Assembly (NCBI GenBank): GCA_036785375.1
Contig: JAWMAR010000043.1
Location: 6,634,001-6,698,000, forward strand
DNA from: Leucoraja ocellata
Taxonomy: Eukaryota
Length of the DNA: 64,000 nucleotides
Reading direction: 5' to 3'
Below, one piece after another: positions 61,288-64,000 of the stretch. Positions within the stretch are counted from its first letter, which is position 1. Every line of letters begins with the position of its first letter. The position numbers and the translations under genes are program-made. The notes beneath the pieces are model-generated. The model ran no database searches and had not been told where the DNA came from. It saw nothing but the letters and a program-made list of their open reading frames with translations.

Positions 61288-62032
61288 TTTGATTTTGATT
61301 TTGATTCAATTCATTGTCATTGCACTTTTCAGTGCAACAAAATGGTTTAGCCTGCAGTCATAACATAGAATAAATAACAAACACTCAACACAGTTTAAGT
61401 CGCAGTCATTGTCTCTTCCCTCCTTGCTCTCCCTCTGCGCTGAGGCAATCCAAGCTTCCGATGTTGTGACCCCGCCGGGTGATGTTAGGTAAGTCCCGTG
61501 GCTGAATCCGTGCTCCGCAAATGGGCCGGTTCAAACTCCGCGGCCCGGGGTGGTCGAAGCTGTCGAAGCTGCCGTCCTCCAGTCCAGCGGACGCAGCTGT
61601 AGTTGCGGGAGCTCCGGAAAACAGAACTCGAGCTCCCGATGATGTCGTCCACTGGCCCGCGGCCGAGCCTCTGAGGCTCCAAAGTCGGGTCGGATGTTGG
61701 GTCGCACCGCAACCACAGCCCTGAAGTCGGCCAGCCTCGCGTTGGTAAGTCCTGGCTCTGTCTCCAGAGCCTCGAGGTCGGTCGCAGTTGGAGGCTGCCA
61801 GCTCCGCGATAGGCCTCAGCGCAGACGGACACAGAGACGGGGGATACAGCAAGAAAGGTCGCATTCCCCCGAAGGAAGAGTCAAGAAACATGTTACACCC
61901 AACCCCCCCACACATACACAACTAAATTAACCGAAATAAACTGTAAAAACGGGACAAGAGAAAACAAAAAACAGAAAAGACAAACAGACTGCAGGCGAGC
62001 CGCAGCTGCAAGGCAGCGCTGCCACTTCCGAA
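61288..62032 (-). mobile_element. Apparently full-length non-autonomous GC-rich retroposon (Rex1/Babar-type tail)
   Basis: Minus strand 5' CGGAAGTGGCAGCGC, CpG-rich body, 3' TGACAATGAATTG(AATCAA)n; inserted into a Penelope fragment. Confidence 0.6.
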
Positions 62033-62659
62033 AATCCTCCAGCATTTTGGCCTTTGATCAAGATTCTAGCATCTATTGTGTCTTCAATGATTTCTATATG
62101 CTCTTTACAAGTTGTTTTCAATCATTTAAAATCAGGTTTATCAGAATCTTAGTAAGAAATGGAAATGCTGTAGTTATTCAGCAGGTCAGGCAGAATGGAG
62201 GGAGTTAACATTTCAGACTGATGAACATTCAGCATGGTGTGATGAGAGAACAGCATCCATAATCTAGTAGATACATCTATTTTTAATGATTACAAATACT
62301 CTTTATTTCCATATATAGTAAAATGATGATATAGTGTTAAATTGTAAAGCAATCGCTGCTTGCACTGGTTCAAGGGTGAGTTCGCTTTTGCTGAGAAGCT
62401 AAAGAGCTTGAATGACAATTTTAGTGGAAAAAAACGTTTAGGAACAGGAGCTAATTTGGACAAGGTTTGAGCCTAAAGTATGGTCCCCATTATGGAACAT
62501 CTTCCAGATGTGAGTTACTCAGGATTTTGTACCGTTTCTGCTTTTTCAGACTACGTCATGGACAGTCAATGTGAATATTTCTTCCACAATATTGATATAT
62601 TGATACAGATCTTTCTAAAAGGGTTCACATTAAAAAAAAAACTCTATGGTACAATAAAT

Positions 62660-62790
62660 GTCTGAAGAAGGGTCTGACCCGAAACGTCTCCAATCCATTC
62701 CTTCCATAGAAGCTACCTAACTCATTGAGTTACTCCAGCACTTTGTGTTTTGCTCAAGATTCCAGCATCTGCAGATGTTTGTGCTTCCAT
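62660..62790 (+). mobile_element. Penelope terminal fragment with hammerhead motif (62662-62688)
   Basis: CTGAAGAAGGGTCTGACCCGAAACGTC. Confidence 0.75.
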
Positions 62791-62930
62791 ACAATAAATC
62801 TTACTGTGGTCTTGCAGGCCTTTTCCTATTGCTGTCTGTGGAGTGGTACTCTGCTCAAAATGGCTGACATTTTCAAACAATAGTCATACTCTATTGCCTG
62901 TTAATTGATGTGGGATATGCTTATACTGTT

Positions 62931-64000
62931 ATAGACAATAGACAATAGACAATGGGTGCAGGAGTAGGCCATTCTGCCCTTCGAGCCAACACCGCCATTT
63001 AATGTGATCATGGCTGATCATCCCCAATCAGTACCCCGTTCCTGCCTTCTCCCCATATCCCCTGACTGCTATTTTTAAGAGCCCTATCTTGAATGCATCT
63101 CTCTTGAAAGCATCCAGAGAACCTGCCTCCACCACCCACTGAGGCAGAGAATTCCACAGACTCACAACTCTCTGTGAGAAAAAGTGTTTCCTCGTCTACA
63201 TTCTAAATGGCTTAGTCATTATTAAACTGTGGCCCCTGGTTCTGGACTCCCCCAACATCGGGAACATGTTTCCTGCCTCTAGTGTGTCCAAACCCTTAAC
63301 AATCAAATATGTTTCAATGAGATCCCTTCTCATCCTAAACTCCAGAGTGTACAAACCAGCTGCTCCATTCTCTCAGCGTATGACAGTCCCGCCATCCCGG
63401 GAATTAACCTTGTAAACCTACGCTGCACTCCCTCAATAGCAAGAATGTCCTTCCTCAAATTAGGGGACCAAAACCGCACACAATACTCCAGGTGTGGTCT
63501 CACTAGAGCTCTGTACAACTGCAGAATGACTTATTTGCTCCTATATTTGATTCCTCTTGTTATAAAGGCCAACATGCCATTCGCTTTCTTCACTACCTGC
63601 TGTACCTGCATGCTTACTTTCATAGACTGATGAACAAGGACCCCCAGATCCCGTTGCACTTCCCCTTTTCCCAACTTGACGCCATTTAGATAGTAATAAT
63701 CTGCCTTCCTGTTTTTGCTACCAAAGTGGATAACCTCACATTTATCCGCTTTAAACTTCATTTGCCATGCATCTGCCCACTCCCCCAACCTGTCCAAGTC
63801 ACCCTGCATTCTCATAGCATCCTCCTCACAGTTCACACTGCCACCCAGCTTTGTGTCATCTGCAAATTTGCTAATGTTACTTTGAATCCCTTCATCCAAA
63901 TCATTCTGTAAATAGCTGCGGTCCCAGCACCAAGCCTTGCAGTACCCCATTAGTCACTGCCTGCCATTCTGAAAGGGACCCGTTAATCCCAACTCTTTAT
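62931..64000 (-). mobile_element. CR1 LINE ORF2 pseudogene (runs off window)
   Basis: SKFADDTKLGG, RPHLEYCVRFWSP; (ATAGACA)n tail complement. Confidence 0.93.

Overview
Eukaryotic, repeat-rich DNA with no intact host gene recognisable. It looks like an intronic or intergenic stretch of a cartilaginous fish, probably a skate or ray; this is inferred from the dense elasmobranch HE1-type SINEs and their partner CR1/HER1-type LINEs. There is a 200-N assembly gap at 29979-30178. Contents: many 5'-truncated CR1, Rex1/Babar, L2 and L1-like LINE pieces; a Neptune-type Penelope-like element (RT plus GIY-YIG) and about 20 Penelope terminal fragments carrying minimal hammerhead-ribozyme motifs; Harbinger and hAT MITEs; Helitron-like ends; two solo LTRs; an ERV env-tail/PPT/LTR fragment flanked by an unusual 185-bp duplication; a strong CTCF motif; and candidate enhancer-like unique stretches. 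The most notable signal is a ~140-bp non-coding retroposon present twice (19891-20028 and 40275-40418, minus strand). Its first 54 nt fold into a minimal, P4-less HDV/CPEB3-like self-cleaving ribozyme, and the element's 5' end sits at the predicted cleavage site. Boundaries of degraded repeats are approximate, read by eye.
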